Of a stretch of 64,000 bases of DNA, positions 9,314 through 17,127 are shown one piece after another. A program made the position numbers and the translations under genes. This stretch comes from a virus: IMG/VR virus record IMGVR_UViG_3300009009_000003, positions 26,377 to 90,376 of that record. One strand, 5' to 3'. Under the pieces are notes generated by a model that was not told the origin of the DNA, did not search any database, and worked only from the letters and a program-made list of their open reading frames with translations. Positions within the stretch are counted from its first letter, which is position 1. The number at the start of each line of letters is the position of its first letter.

Positions 9314-9510
9314 TCTATCTCCTCTACAGTAACCCTGACCCTCTTTGGCGGCCACTTAGTCCAGCGTGATCTTGGTGTCTTGCTTGCATATACCCATGTA
9401 CCCCACTGCGGCCACGGCTTGCTGTCTATGGTGTCGCAGTATCGTCTCAATGGCACGGTCTCAGTCGGATCGATCCAACCCTCTACCTGCTGTATAACTT
9501 TGCGTTTCAT
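9310..9510 (-). CDS. Hypothetical cassette protein
   Basis: Starts at a GGTGAAGGAATGA junction. Confidence 0.55.
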   Translation of the reverse strand: MKRKVIQQVEGWIDPTETVPLRRYCDTIDSKPWPQWGTWVYASKTPRSRWTKWPPKRVRVTVEEIE

Positions 9511-9881
9511 TCCTTCACCACTGTTTCTTTGTGTTTAGAAATAGCTCTATTATACTCCTTCAGTAGACTTTCTACCCTAGAAGTAGTTGCAGTATTAAAT
9601 TCTTCTAAACAAGTTGCAAGATATTGACCCAGAATAACATCTGATTCATAAACTGCTTCCCTAAGTGCCTCTTTTCTTTTTTTCTCCCCTCTACTATTCC
9701 ACTTATCTACGGCAAGACTATTATCATACTCCTCGCATTCAACATATGGCCCACTTGCCATGCATTCTATACAAACTATCTGCGTTCCAACTAATCCATT
9801 TGGTAACATATCCTCAATACTATCCTCTAGTAATGTTGATCCACAAAACGGACAAGGCAAAGCTGGTTTCTTTGGTTTCAT
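9507..9881 (-). CDS. Lar-like restriction alleviation zinc-binding protein
   Basis: LPCPFCGS...VCIECMASGP...AVDKWNSR pattern. Confidence 0.65.
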   Translation of the reverse strand: MKPKKPALPCPFCGSTLLEDSIEDMLPNGLVGTQIVCIECMASGPYVECEEYDNSLAVDKWNSRGEKKRKEALREAVYESDVILGQYLATCLEEFNTATTSRVESLLKEYNRAISKHKETVVKE

Positions 9882-9892
9882 TCCTTAACCTC

Positions 9893-10120
9893 CTATATAA
9901 TAGTGCAATACTTGCCAAGAAGCTCCTTAAAGCAGTGCTGGCACAGATCAATATACACCTCTGTGCCATCACCAAACACAGAACCATATCCACAGTAATT
10001 ATGAAAATGCATTGCCTCCTGCCGTTCCATTTTATCATTCAAGAGATCACGCTTACAAACAGAGCATTTTATCTCAACAACATCTCTTTCCTCTCTAGTT
10101 ATGATTCCGTATCGTCTCAT
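9893..10120 (-). CDS. Small Cys-rich protein, paralog A2
   Basis: CSVC...GYGSVFGDG...LCQHCFK; paralog of 8882..9112. Confidence 0.65.
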   Translation of the reverse strand: MRRYGIITREERDVVEIKCSVCKRDLLNDKMERQEAMHFHNYCGYGSVFGDGTEVYIDLCQHCFKELLGKYCTII

Positions 10121-10380
10121 TCCTTCACCTTACTCATTAAAATTTTAATCTGTTCTTGTGTTAATATATTTTTAAGAACTCTAAGATTTGTCCATTTTCT
10201 GTTTTTATTTCCACTTCCCCAACATTCGTCACATACGTCACTAGTAATAACATTACCACCCACACCACCGTGCCAAGTGCATGTTTGTCCGTATGCTTTA
10301 ACACCCCATCCCGAACATTTTGTGCAAACATCCTCTTCATAATCTATGCCTCTATGAAGCATTATGTCTCGTAGGTTCAT
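10117..10380 (-). CDS. DnaJ-type CxxCxGxG zinc-finger protein
   Basis: CTKCSGWG and CDECWGSG; likely start at the junction ATG 10380. Confidence 0.6.
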   Translation of the reverse strand: MNLRDIMLHRGIDYEEDVCTKCSGWGVKAYGQTCTWHGGVGGNVITSDVCDECWGSGNKNRKWTNLRVLKNILTQEQIKILMSKVKE

Positions 10381-11069
10381 TCCTTCACCTCCACACACTC
10401 AGGACATATCCTGCCTGATAGATCATGTCGATCATAGTTTATCCCCCAACTCAATTTTGTATTTGGTTTTTCTAACACCCTATATCTAGTATCGTGTTCA
10501 CATTGCTTCCAAACACACCAAAAAGTATCCATCGTTGGTGATTTTCCCCTCTCTCCGTTACAAAAATCTGGCCTCCATGTTAATGCTAATATATATGCTG
10601 GTGGATACTTTCGAAACAGTTCTACTCTTCTCTTTGCGTGCCAATATTGTGATTTCAATAAATAACAGAACATTTTAGCCCCCAACTCCATCGCCTTTAG
10701 AATAAACCCCTCTGACACATTAAACGGAGGATTCGTAATAATACCGAATTCTACTTTAAATGGAATTTCATTTTTAGTTACTGTTAAAAAATCAACTTGT
10801 TTTTCACAGAATTCTGTAGATCGAATATCCGTTCCATAGGTGCAATATCCTCTTTTCTCTAAAACTTTTCTTATATGACCACTACCACAAGCACATTCCC
10901 AAATTGGTATCTCAGTGTCAATGTTCATAAAATCCAATAATGCTTCCGTAGCCTCTGTAGGAGTACAGTAATAATCTGCTGGATCGGAATACTCTGTATT
11001 TCTTTTGTTTGTTAATGACTGACCATTAAGCATATATTGTACCTTTCCCCATTTTGTTAACGTTAACAA
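10377..11069 (-). CDS. DNA N6-adenine methyltransferase-like protein
   Basis: DYYCTP, WECACGSG SAM motif, IITNPPF catalytic motif. Confidence 0.8.
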   Translation of the reverse strand: MLTLTKWGKVQYMLNGQSLTNKRNTEYSDPADYYCTPTEATEALLDFMNIDTEIPIWECACGSGHIRKVLEKRGYCTYGTDIRSTEFCEKQVDFLTVTKNEIPFKVEFGIITNPPFNVSEGFILKAMELGAKMFCYLLKSQYWHAKRRVELFRKYPPAYILALTWRPDFCNGERGKSPTMDTFWCVWKQCEHDTRYRVLEKPNTKLSWGINYDRHDLSGRICPECVEVKE

Positions 11070-11105
11070 TATGCCATTATTTTCCCTACGTCAGAAAAAT
11101 GATCA

Positions 11106-11702
11106 TCATACTTCCCACTTGCCTTTCTCGTCTTTCTCGAATGTCTTTTTCATCATAAAGTTTCCTGCCGTATGGTAAATGACTATGCCTTCAGGCTTCA
11201 TAAAACATGGGGCAGCGTAACTACCATGTTCTGCAAGCATGGCCATTACTTGAGACACATTCAAGTCATCCATGTTACACTCAAACAATATAGGCACCAG
11301 ACCAATACACTCCGGCAATACCTGCTGCATCTCTGAAATTCTCGGGTCACCTGTTAGTATCTCTTTTGGTTCGCTGCCATACAGGCACCACCTGGTCACA
11401 TTGAACAGGCTAAATCGCTTTTCGCCCTTTGACAGACCATAACCACGCTGGATTCCGCTGCCCCACCATTCTCCAAAGTGCCTGCCTAGACCTAGCTGCA
11501 TAAGCTCGTCCTTGTGGTCATGCGCCCACCTTGAGAAACCATGGTTATCCTTGTCTGGTGTTATCCATCGTGTCCTGCTGCCAGTAAGAAACTCACCATC
11601 ATCGCCAATGAATATCTGTGCGTTAGTACCGTCGATTTTCTCAGTGACGATAACTTTCCGTGAATAACGTGCTATCTTTTGTAATCCTACAAAATCACTC
11701 AT
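11106..11702 (-). CDS. RNA ligase (Rnl2-like nucleotidyltransferase domain)
   Basis: TEKIDGTN adenylation motif, GSR, FGEW, EGIV, terminal KK. Confidence 0.8.
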   Translation of the reverse strand: MSDFVGLQKIARYSRKVIVTEKIDGTNAQIFIGDDGEFLTGSRTRWITPDKDNHGFSRWAHDHKDELMQLGLGRHFGEWWGSGIQRGYGLSKGEKRFSLFNVTRWCLYGSEPKEILTGDPRISEMQQVLPECIGLVPILFECNMDDLNVSQVMAMLAEHGSYAAPCFMKPEGIVIYHTAGNFMMKKTFEKDEKGKWEV

Positions 11703-12118
11703 GTTGCCTCCTTATTAAGTTCTGCTATCAGCCTATTTGCTTCATCCCATGTGCAAGGACCTAAGGTTTTCTTACTCCACACAAGGTATGTCGCAGGATC
11801 AAACACAGCAGATCGATTTGTATAGAATGTTTTTCCATTAGGCATTAGTTTGATATTCATATCATCCGGTGGAGCAAACCCATTCCGCACCGCGCGAACG
11901 TAGTAGTGACCGTCCTTACTGTAGTTGAGGACGCTACCGTCGTCGAAATACACGATCCACGCGCCGTATGGACCGTAGGCAGTAGTATTAGAAGACCAAT
12001 AGGAGGACGACTGTGTGTCAGGAAATAGGTCAGTGTTAATAGCAGGATTGTCTCTACTATAATCCACTAAAGAAATAAGCTCTTGTATTTTTGGCAGTCT
12101 CCAGTCGGTGTACTTCAT
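11699..12118 (-). CDS. Circularly permuted DUF1566 (Lcl/C-type lectin fold) protein, copy B
   Basis: Starts with DWRLP..ELISLV, then YWSS, AW.V.F, VRAVR; the normally N-terminal D..T.LVW...TWDEA block is at the C-terminus. Confidence 0.8.
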   Translation of the reverse strand: MKYTDWRLPKIQELISLVDYSRDNPAINTDLFPDTQSSSYWSSNTTAYGPYGAWIVYFDDGSVLNYSKDGHYYVRAVRNGFAPPDDMNIKLMPNGKTFYTNRSAVFDPATYLVWSKKTLGPCTWDEANRLIAELNKEAT

Positions 12119-12309
12119 TCTTTTATCTCCGCATCTCGGCAGCGTTTGAGTCGCTTGGGGTTCCAGTTTGTAGTTGGAAACTTATGGTTAAATAACCTAC
12201 AAAAATGACTGTCAAAGGTAAATCGTAACCAGTTACAACAAAGCCTTCCATTGCAGCACCTCGTCTTAGTGACATCCTTGCCTAAGTCAATCAATGGTCT
12301 TATCTTCAT
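12115..12309 (-). CDS. Small Cys-rich protein, paralog C1
   Basis: MKIRPLIDLG...PKRLKRCRDAEIKE; paralog of 12619..12816. Confidence 0.6.
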   Translation of the reverse strand: MKIRPLIDLGKDVTKTRCCNGRLCCNWLRFTFDSHFCRLFNHKFPTTNWNPKRLKRCRDAEIKE

Positions 12310-12322
12310 TCCTTCACCTCCT

Positions 12323-12622
12323 CTACCTATTTAACTCATCTCTTACAATAGACCTGACACGTTTAACGAGTGCATCAGTATCAATTCCAGCTCTCTTTAA
12401 ATCTTCTTCAAGAATCTTCAGTGGTATGTCCTGTATAAAATCATATTTGGCATCAAAAAAGGGGCTTTCGATTATGGTTACATTTTCTTTTACCACCAGT
12501 TCGCTTATTCTATACATACCTTTTGCCACTATCTCAACAGCCTTGTCATATTCTTTATTTCTTATTAATAGGGATAATGTAGCTAGCATATTATAGATTT
12601 GCTCATACTCTTGTATCGTCAT
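12323..12622 (-). CDS. Hypothetical cassette protein
   Basis: Flanked on both sides by junction repeats. Confidence 0.55.
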   Translation of the reverse strand: MTIQEYEQIYNMLATLSLLIRNKEYDKAVEIVAKGMYRISELVVKENVTIIESPFFDAKYDFIQDIPLKILEEDLKRAGIDTDALVKRVRSIVRDELNR

Positions 12623-12816
12623 TCCTTCACCTCCATCTCACGACAAATCTTAAGTCGCTTTGGTTCTTTGTTGCCAAATGGGAGAACTAGGTTAAAGGCC
12701 TCACAGTACACATGACCAGAAGACGTATCAAGGAACCGGCATTTTTTTAAACCATTTTTAGTAGCGCATTTTGTGGTAGTAACATCTCCCAAGTCAATCA
12801 ACATGCGTATCTTCAT
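12619..12816 (-). CDS. Small Cys-rich protein, paralog C2
   Basis: MKIRMLIDLG...PKRLKICREMEVKE. Confidence 0.6.
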   Translation of the reverse strand: MKIRMLIDLGDVTTTKCATKNGLKKCRFLDTSSGHVYCEAFNLVLPFGNKEPKRLKICREMEVKE

Positions 12817-12828
12817 TCCTTCACCTCA

Positions 12829-13650
12829 TCATTCAGTTTTGGCATACACATATATAACGCCATTAACACATCCAAATAGTGCATAACCTTTTTGCCATAC
12901 TTGCCATGCTGCCTTAGAATATTTAATATGTTTCCTGTTTAGCTTTAAACCATGGCATATACAATTACATGCCACATAATTTGCAGCATCCCAGGCAGCA
13001 TACCTGGCATCATTCCAGGCAGCATCCCAGGCAGCATTCCAGGCATCATACCTGGCAGCATCACAGGCAGCATTACTGGCAGCATTACCGGCAGCATCAC
13101 AGGCAGCATTCCTGGCATCATACCTGGCAGCATTACTGGCAGCATCACAGGCAGCATTCCTGGCAGCATTACTGGCAGCATACCTGGCAGCATTACTGGC
13201 AGCATCACAGGCAGCATTCCTGGCATCATACCTGGCAGCATACCAAGTTTTTCCAGTAAACAGTTTCCATGACTTTAATGGTTTTCCGTCCGGTTTTAAA
13301 AATTGCACATGCTTGATACTATCAACAAAATCAATAGCATCTAACCACCATTTAGGATGTTGTACTGGCTTTAGCAACCGTGCCCCAACAAAAACCGATT
13401 TATCGTCCTGGTGTATAGCACCATCCAGTATTGGCTCCGCCTCATAGCAGATACAATTCCATTTGTACCATTGATAAGGTTTGGTGGTCAGATGGATTCC
13501 ACTACTACACATAACAATGTCATCATCAATCTTGTGCCATTTACCTGGTGTCCACTTTCCTTTTTTATCTTGCTTAGGCAGTGACCAGGTAAGATCACCG
13601 CCGTTGCATGACTTACCATCAACCAGTATTTTGTAATATTTGGTTTTCAT
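12829..13650 (-). CDS. Phage protein with Ala-rich tetrapeptide repeats
   Basis: N-terminal MCSSGIHL motif followed by 22 (Y/N/D)(A/D)A(R/C/S/W/G/N) units. Confidence 0.7.
   Translation of the reverse strand: MKTKYYKILVDGKSCNGGDLTWSLPKQDKKGKWTPGKWHKIDDDIVMCSSGIHLTTKPYQWYKWNCICYEAEPILDGAIHQDDKSVFVGARLLKPVQHPKWWLDAIDFVDSIKHVQFLKPDGKPLKSWKLFTGKTWYAARYDARNAACDAASNAARYAASNAARNAACDAASNAARYDARNAACDAAGNAASNAACDAARYDAWNAAWDAAWNDARYAAWDAANYVACNCICHGLKLNRKHIKYSKAAWQVWQKGYALFGCVNGVIYVYAKTE
12979..13242. repeat. 22 x 12-bp tandem repeat
   Basis: Coding-strand unit NATG(C/A)TGCCNG(G/T); the last unit is degenerate. Confidence 0.9.
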
Positions 13651-13659
13651 TCCTTCACC

Positions 13660-13743
13660 TCATTTCATTCCTTTAGTAACCATATATGCTATAACTAGGT
13701 TTATAATAATAGCAATAATTAACAGGTAAAGGTTATCATCCAT
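13660..13743 (-). CDS. 27-aa single-TM peptide (not in the ORF track)
   Basis: MDDNLYLLIIAIIINLVIAYMVTKGMK, between two junction motifs. Confidence 0.45.
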   Translation of the reverse strand: MDDNLYLLIIAIIINLVIAYMVTKGMK

Positions 13744-13744
13744 A

Positions 13745-14011
13745 TTATTCTTTCACCTCACTCAACTTATGCCAAATTATGCAGGCGTAGTGTGCCAGCT
13801 TCAGCATGTCACGTTTCTGCTCCTCGGAACCCCTGGCATTGTTGCCAAACCTGGCACAATATTTTTTTATGTCGTTGATAATCTCAGCAGGCGATAGCTC
13901 GGTGCATCGGTCTTGGCCCTTCTCGCCGTATTGTTTTACGGTGTAATGCTCGATGTGATCATCAACGATGCTGCTAAACCAAGACCATTCGCCTCTGCGT
14001 GTTTCCATCAT
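13745..14011 (-). CDS. Hypothetical protein, distant DUF3310-like
   Basis: IKKYCARF...RDMLKLAHYA resembles the KYxxR...DLxKA pattern; ends in EVKE. Confidence 0.35.
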   Translation of the reverse strand: MMETRRGEWSWFSSIVDDHIEHYTVKQYGEKGQDRCTELSPAEIINDIKKYCARFGNNARGSEEQKRDMLKLAHYACIIWHKLSEVKE

Positions 14012-14409
14012 ATCGCCTCCTTATTAAGTTCTGCTATCAGTTCATTGGCTTCGTACCATGTGCAAATGCCTAGAGTTTTCTGCATCCATATAAGACCTGT
14101 ACTATTATCAGTGACTGTGCCATCTCCATTATCAGTGAACTTTGGATCAGCATTTAATGACCCACACTGTCCGGACCGCACCGCACGAAAGTAGTTGTAG
14201 TGGTCCTTAAAGTAGTAGTAGACGTTGCCGTAGCTGAAACTCACGACCCATGCGGAGTAGGGAGTGCCGACAAGGGTAGTAGACGACCAATAGCCGTACG
14301 CCTGCGTGTCAGGAAATAGGTCAGTGTTAATAGCAGGATCAAACTTGCTTCTATCTACTATAGAATTTAGTTCATCAACTGTAGGTAACCGCCAGTCGGT
14401 GTATTTCAT
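14008..14409 (-). CDS. Circularly permuted DUF1566 protein, copy A
   Basis: MKYTDWRLPTVDELNSIV...YWSST...RAVR then FTDNGDGTVTDNSTGLIW...TWYEA. Confidence 0.85.
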   Translation of the reverse strand: MKYTDWRLPTVDELNSIVDRSKFDPAINTDLFPDTQAYGYWSSTTLVGTPYSAWVVSFSYGNVYYYFKDHYNYFRAVRSGQCGSLNADPKFTDNGDGTVTDNSTGLIWMQKTLGICTWYEANELIAELNKEAI

Positions 14410-15311
14410 ATCGCCTCCTTATTAAGTTCTGCTATCAGCTTGTTTACTAATTCTTTCACACAATTTTCTATATTGTTTGCCACCATAAAATTTTCCAAGT
14501 TGTTTTCAAATTTTAAATTTTCCATTATCTTATCTTCACTAAGACCATTAACAAAGGCTTCCAATTTTCTATTAATCTCCTTTTCTTTTTCTAATAGTGA
14601 CAAATCAAAAACGTTATCTTTTACCGGTATTTCTACTCTTTTAGCATTTAATGTTTGTGTATCATAAACAAAAAAACAAGGTTTATGATCAACTTGTGTT
14701 ATGTCCATTCGCATTAATGACCCAGGATTTATTAACATTCTGCTTCCATTTTGTACTGTAAAAGTTTTGTGGTTATCCCCTGTAACAATAAGATCATAAA
14801 AACTGTTAGCATTTAAAAATTCTACAGCATCCATTGAATTAGGAACTTCTTCTCTAAAACAAATAAGACCATGGTAGATCAAAATATTGAATAAATTTGT
14901 ATCTTCAACTTTAGGTATTGTTTCTCCAAAATTACAAAAGTAAATCTTTTCTTTTGTTTTCTTTTCTTCTTGACAAAAATCGGTTCTACTGGAAATAAAT
15001 ACTTTTGCACTTTCTAAAACTGCTAGTGGTGTATTGTCCATCTTATCATTTGAATGGTATCGCATATCGTGTTGTCCGAAAACACCAATCATAGTGGTTT
15101 TAGAAAGAATTTGAATCATGGTTCTTAAAGTTTCGTATGAAATTTTCTTTGTATGGAAGATATCCCCACAATTAAGAATATCCATATTTTCACGACAAGA
15201 ATATGAAACGATGTAATTAATCTTTCTAATTTGTTCTTTAACATAATCATCAGTCCTTCTTTTTGGTGGTTGGTCTGTAATATGCCAATCACTAGTTATT
15301 ATATACTTCAT
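14406..15311 (-). CDS. sbcD: SbcD/Mre11-like nuclease
   Basis: SDWH, CGDIF, GQHD, GDNH, NPGSL motifs. Confidence 0.85.
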   Translation of the reverse strand: MKYIITSDWHITDQPPKRRTDDYVKEQIRKINYIVSYSCRENMDILNCGDIFHTKKISYETLRTMIQILSKTTMIGVFGQHDMRYHSNDKMDNTPLAVLESAKVFISSRTDFCQEEKKTKEKIYFCNFGETIPKVEDTNLFNILIYHGLICFREEVPNSMDAVEFLNANSFYDLIVTGDNHKTFTVQNGSRMLINPGSLMRMDITQVDHKPCFFVYDTQTLNAKRVEIPVKDNVFDLSLLEKEKEINRKLEAFVNGLSEDKIMENLKFENNLENFMVANNIENCVKELVNKLIAELNKEAI

Positions 15312-15312
15312 A

Positions 15313-16374
15313 TTAAATCCTTATTTCTTGTTTACACAAAGGGCATATCTTTTGTTCAGACAAAAAGGTTTTGTGTTTATCCATTAAATCATCAGTTAAT
15401 TTTTCCCCCACTGCTAATAAAGAATAATTTTTTCTGATATCCTCCACTTTTCTGTTTAATTTATTATGTTCAGTGGATAAATTCACACACTCTTCTGCTA
15501 TATCTTTCAATTCAATTATTTTCCGTATTGGTTTTACTTTCTGCTCCAAATTTACAACATCTTTACTTATTTTGGTTATATCACAGCACAGTTTTTTTAG
15601 ATTTTTTTGATTATTTGAAGCATCAGTTAATTTATTCAAAACAATTTTGATTTCATTTACTAAGTATTCCCCTTCCAAATACTCAATAGTATTTTGTAAA
15701 GCGGTCTTAGTTATGCAAACCCTCTTTATAATTTCATTTAAAGAATATGATGTTCGTTTTTTATCAGAGATATCATTTACTACAGATTCGAGATGTCTTA
15801 ATTTACTGTCCTTTTCTTCTAAATCTACATAAGTATCCAATTCAATTGTACAGGATTCGATTTTTTCGTTTATGTCTTTTAGTTCTGAATTTATCGAATT
15901 TATTTTTTTGTTTGTGCGCTCCAAGCACAAATCTATTATATCAATACCAACCAGCTTATTTAATAGTTTTGCTACTGAACCGGATGAATCTTGTAAAAGA
16001 TAATACCCTTCATGTTGGGAAAGAAAGTTAATTTCATTCATATTAAGAATATTCAAGACCTCATCAGGAACATCTGTTCCCAATGCTGTTAATAAGCAAT
16101 CATTTATTTGATAGTAATGTGTCTTTCCACGAACATGGTGTACATAAGAATTATCGTTGAAGTAAATTTTTACGGACGTGTCTTCTTTATCAGAAGAAAA
16201 GAAGGATTTAAATGGGGTTCCTGATGGTCTATTAAAAAGAACCCATTTAATTGCTCTCATTACGGAACTTTTCCCAGAGTGGGAAGCCCCTTTAATAATA
16301 TTGACCCCATTGGAAAGTTCTAATGTAGTATTCTTATGACTTTGAAAATTTTCTATTTCTATTTTACTTATCAT
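15313..16374 (-). CDS. sbcC: SbcC/Rad50-like ATPase, N-terminal part ending at the zinc hook
   Basis: IENFQSH, GASHSGKS Walker A, coiled coil, terminal CPLC. Confidence 0.85.
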   Translation of the reverse strand: MISKIEIENFQSHKNTTLELSNGVNIIKGASHSGKSSVMRAIKWVLFNRPSGTPFKSFFSSDKEDTSVKIYFNDNSYVHHVRGKTHYYQINDCLLTALGTDVPDEVLNILNMNEINFLSQHEGYYLLQDSSGSVAKLLNKLVGIDIIDLCLERTNKKINSINSELKDINEKIESCTIELDTYVDLEEKDSKLRHLESVVNDISDKKRTSYSLNEIIKRVCITKTALQNTIEYLEGEYLVNEIKIVLNKLTDASNNQKNLKKLCCDITKISKDVVNLEQKVKPIRKIIELKDIAEECVNLSTEHNKLNRKVEDIRKNYSLLAVGEKLTDDLMDKHKTFLSEQKICPLCKQEIRI

Positions 16375-16918
16375 TTTGCATCTTTTCTTTATCTAAAACT
16401 TTGTATAGGAATGTATCCAAGGTTGTTATTGTAATATGATGTGGGCAAAGATTTAATAAAGTACAATCTAACGGCACTTTGGCAAAGGGCATGTTGTAGA
16501 GAACATTACTAAAAGCAGCACAAATCAAACCATTGTTTCTTTTGAATATGATTAATGGTACTTTCTTATTGTGAAAGTCGCACTCTTTTTGTGCTTTATT
16601 AAACCAATCAAGAAAAATGTTTTTTGTTTTTGGTTTATCTATAAAATTTAGAAAATCTATTTTTTCACCATATCCCCTTTTAACTTCCACAAGAAAGATG
16701 TCAGTGAAAATCTTCCCTTCCTCTTCTTCGTGTTTAATATCTCCTGCACCAAATGGTAGGGACTTACCTTTTTTACTTTTTGTTGTTGCTCTTGCTCCTG
16801 ATGCATCAGTTCTCCAAAATATATCTTCGTTTATTCCATCACTTATCCAAAGAGATAATATTCTCGAAATGTCTCTTTCAAATTGTCTCCCCTTTGCACC
16901 TCCACCACCTTTTCTCAT
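16364..16918 (-). CDS. Holliday junction resolvase-like PD-(D/E)XK nuclease
   Basis: KGRQFERDIS, SGA, GDI, VEVKR motifs. Confidence 0.7.
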   Translation of the reverse strand: MRKGGGGAKGRQFERDISRILSLWISDGINEDIFWRTDASGARATTKSKKGKSLPFGAGDIKHEEEEGKIFTDIFLVEVKRGYGEKIDFLNFIDKPKTKNIFLDWFNKAQKECDFHNKKVPLIIFKRNNGLICAAFSNVLYNMPFAKVPLDCTLLNLCPHHITITTLDTFLYKVLDKEKMQNDK

Positions 16919-17127
16919 TATTTTCTACCGTATTTTATTGCTAATTTAGAATGACAATAACAATATAATTTCCCAGGACCATATCCATTTCTATTTTTAC
17001 ATTGCTTATTAGAAGAAAATAATTCATATGCACATCTAGTATGGTCGTAAGGAACACCCCCACCTTTACTGCTTTCATATATATGCTTTTTTGCTTTGAT
17101 CTTAGTAATAAAAGGATAGACAATCAC
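16918..17127 (-). CDS. Small Cys/His protein
   Basis: RCAY...QCKNRNGYGPGKLYCYCH. Confidence 0.5.
   Translation of the reverse strand: MIVYPFITKIKAKKHIYESSKGGGVPYDHTRCAYELFSSNKQCKNRNGYGPGKLYCYCHSKLAIKYGRK

Larger units (their letters stand above)
9507..13662 (-). repeat. Dispersed 13-nt junction repeat GGTGAAGGAATGA (RBS + ATG + overlapping TGA)
   Basis: TCATTCCTTCACC on + at 9507, 10117, 10377, 12306, 12619, 12813, 13647; one mismatch at 9878; degenerate at 9310, 12115, 13745. Confidence 0.9.
11699..14438. repeat. 33-bp direct repeat, three copies
   Basis: TCATATCGCCTCCTTATTAAGTTCTGCTATCAG identical at 14008-14040 and 14406-14438; 31/33 match at 11699-11731. Confidence 0.95.

Noticed and set aside
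9665-10342. 225-aa + strand ORF and other antisense ORFs across the - strand block
   Set aside because: They are shadow ORFs opposite well-supported genes that have RBSs and motifs
12945-13272. Low-complexity ORFs with MLPG, PGSI and WQH repeats
   Set aside because: They are alternative-frame and antisense readings of the 12-bp repeat inside 12829..13650 and have no RBS
9507-13662. Junction repeats as attC sites or CRISPR repeats
   Set aside because: They are non-palindromic, have no GTTRRRY cores, and no tyrosine integrase is in the window
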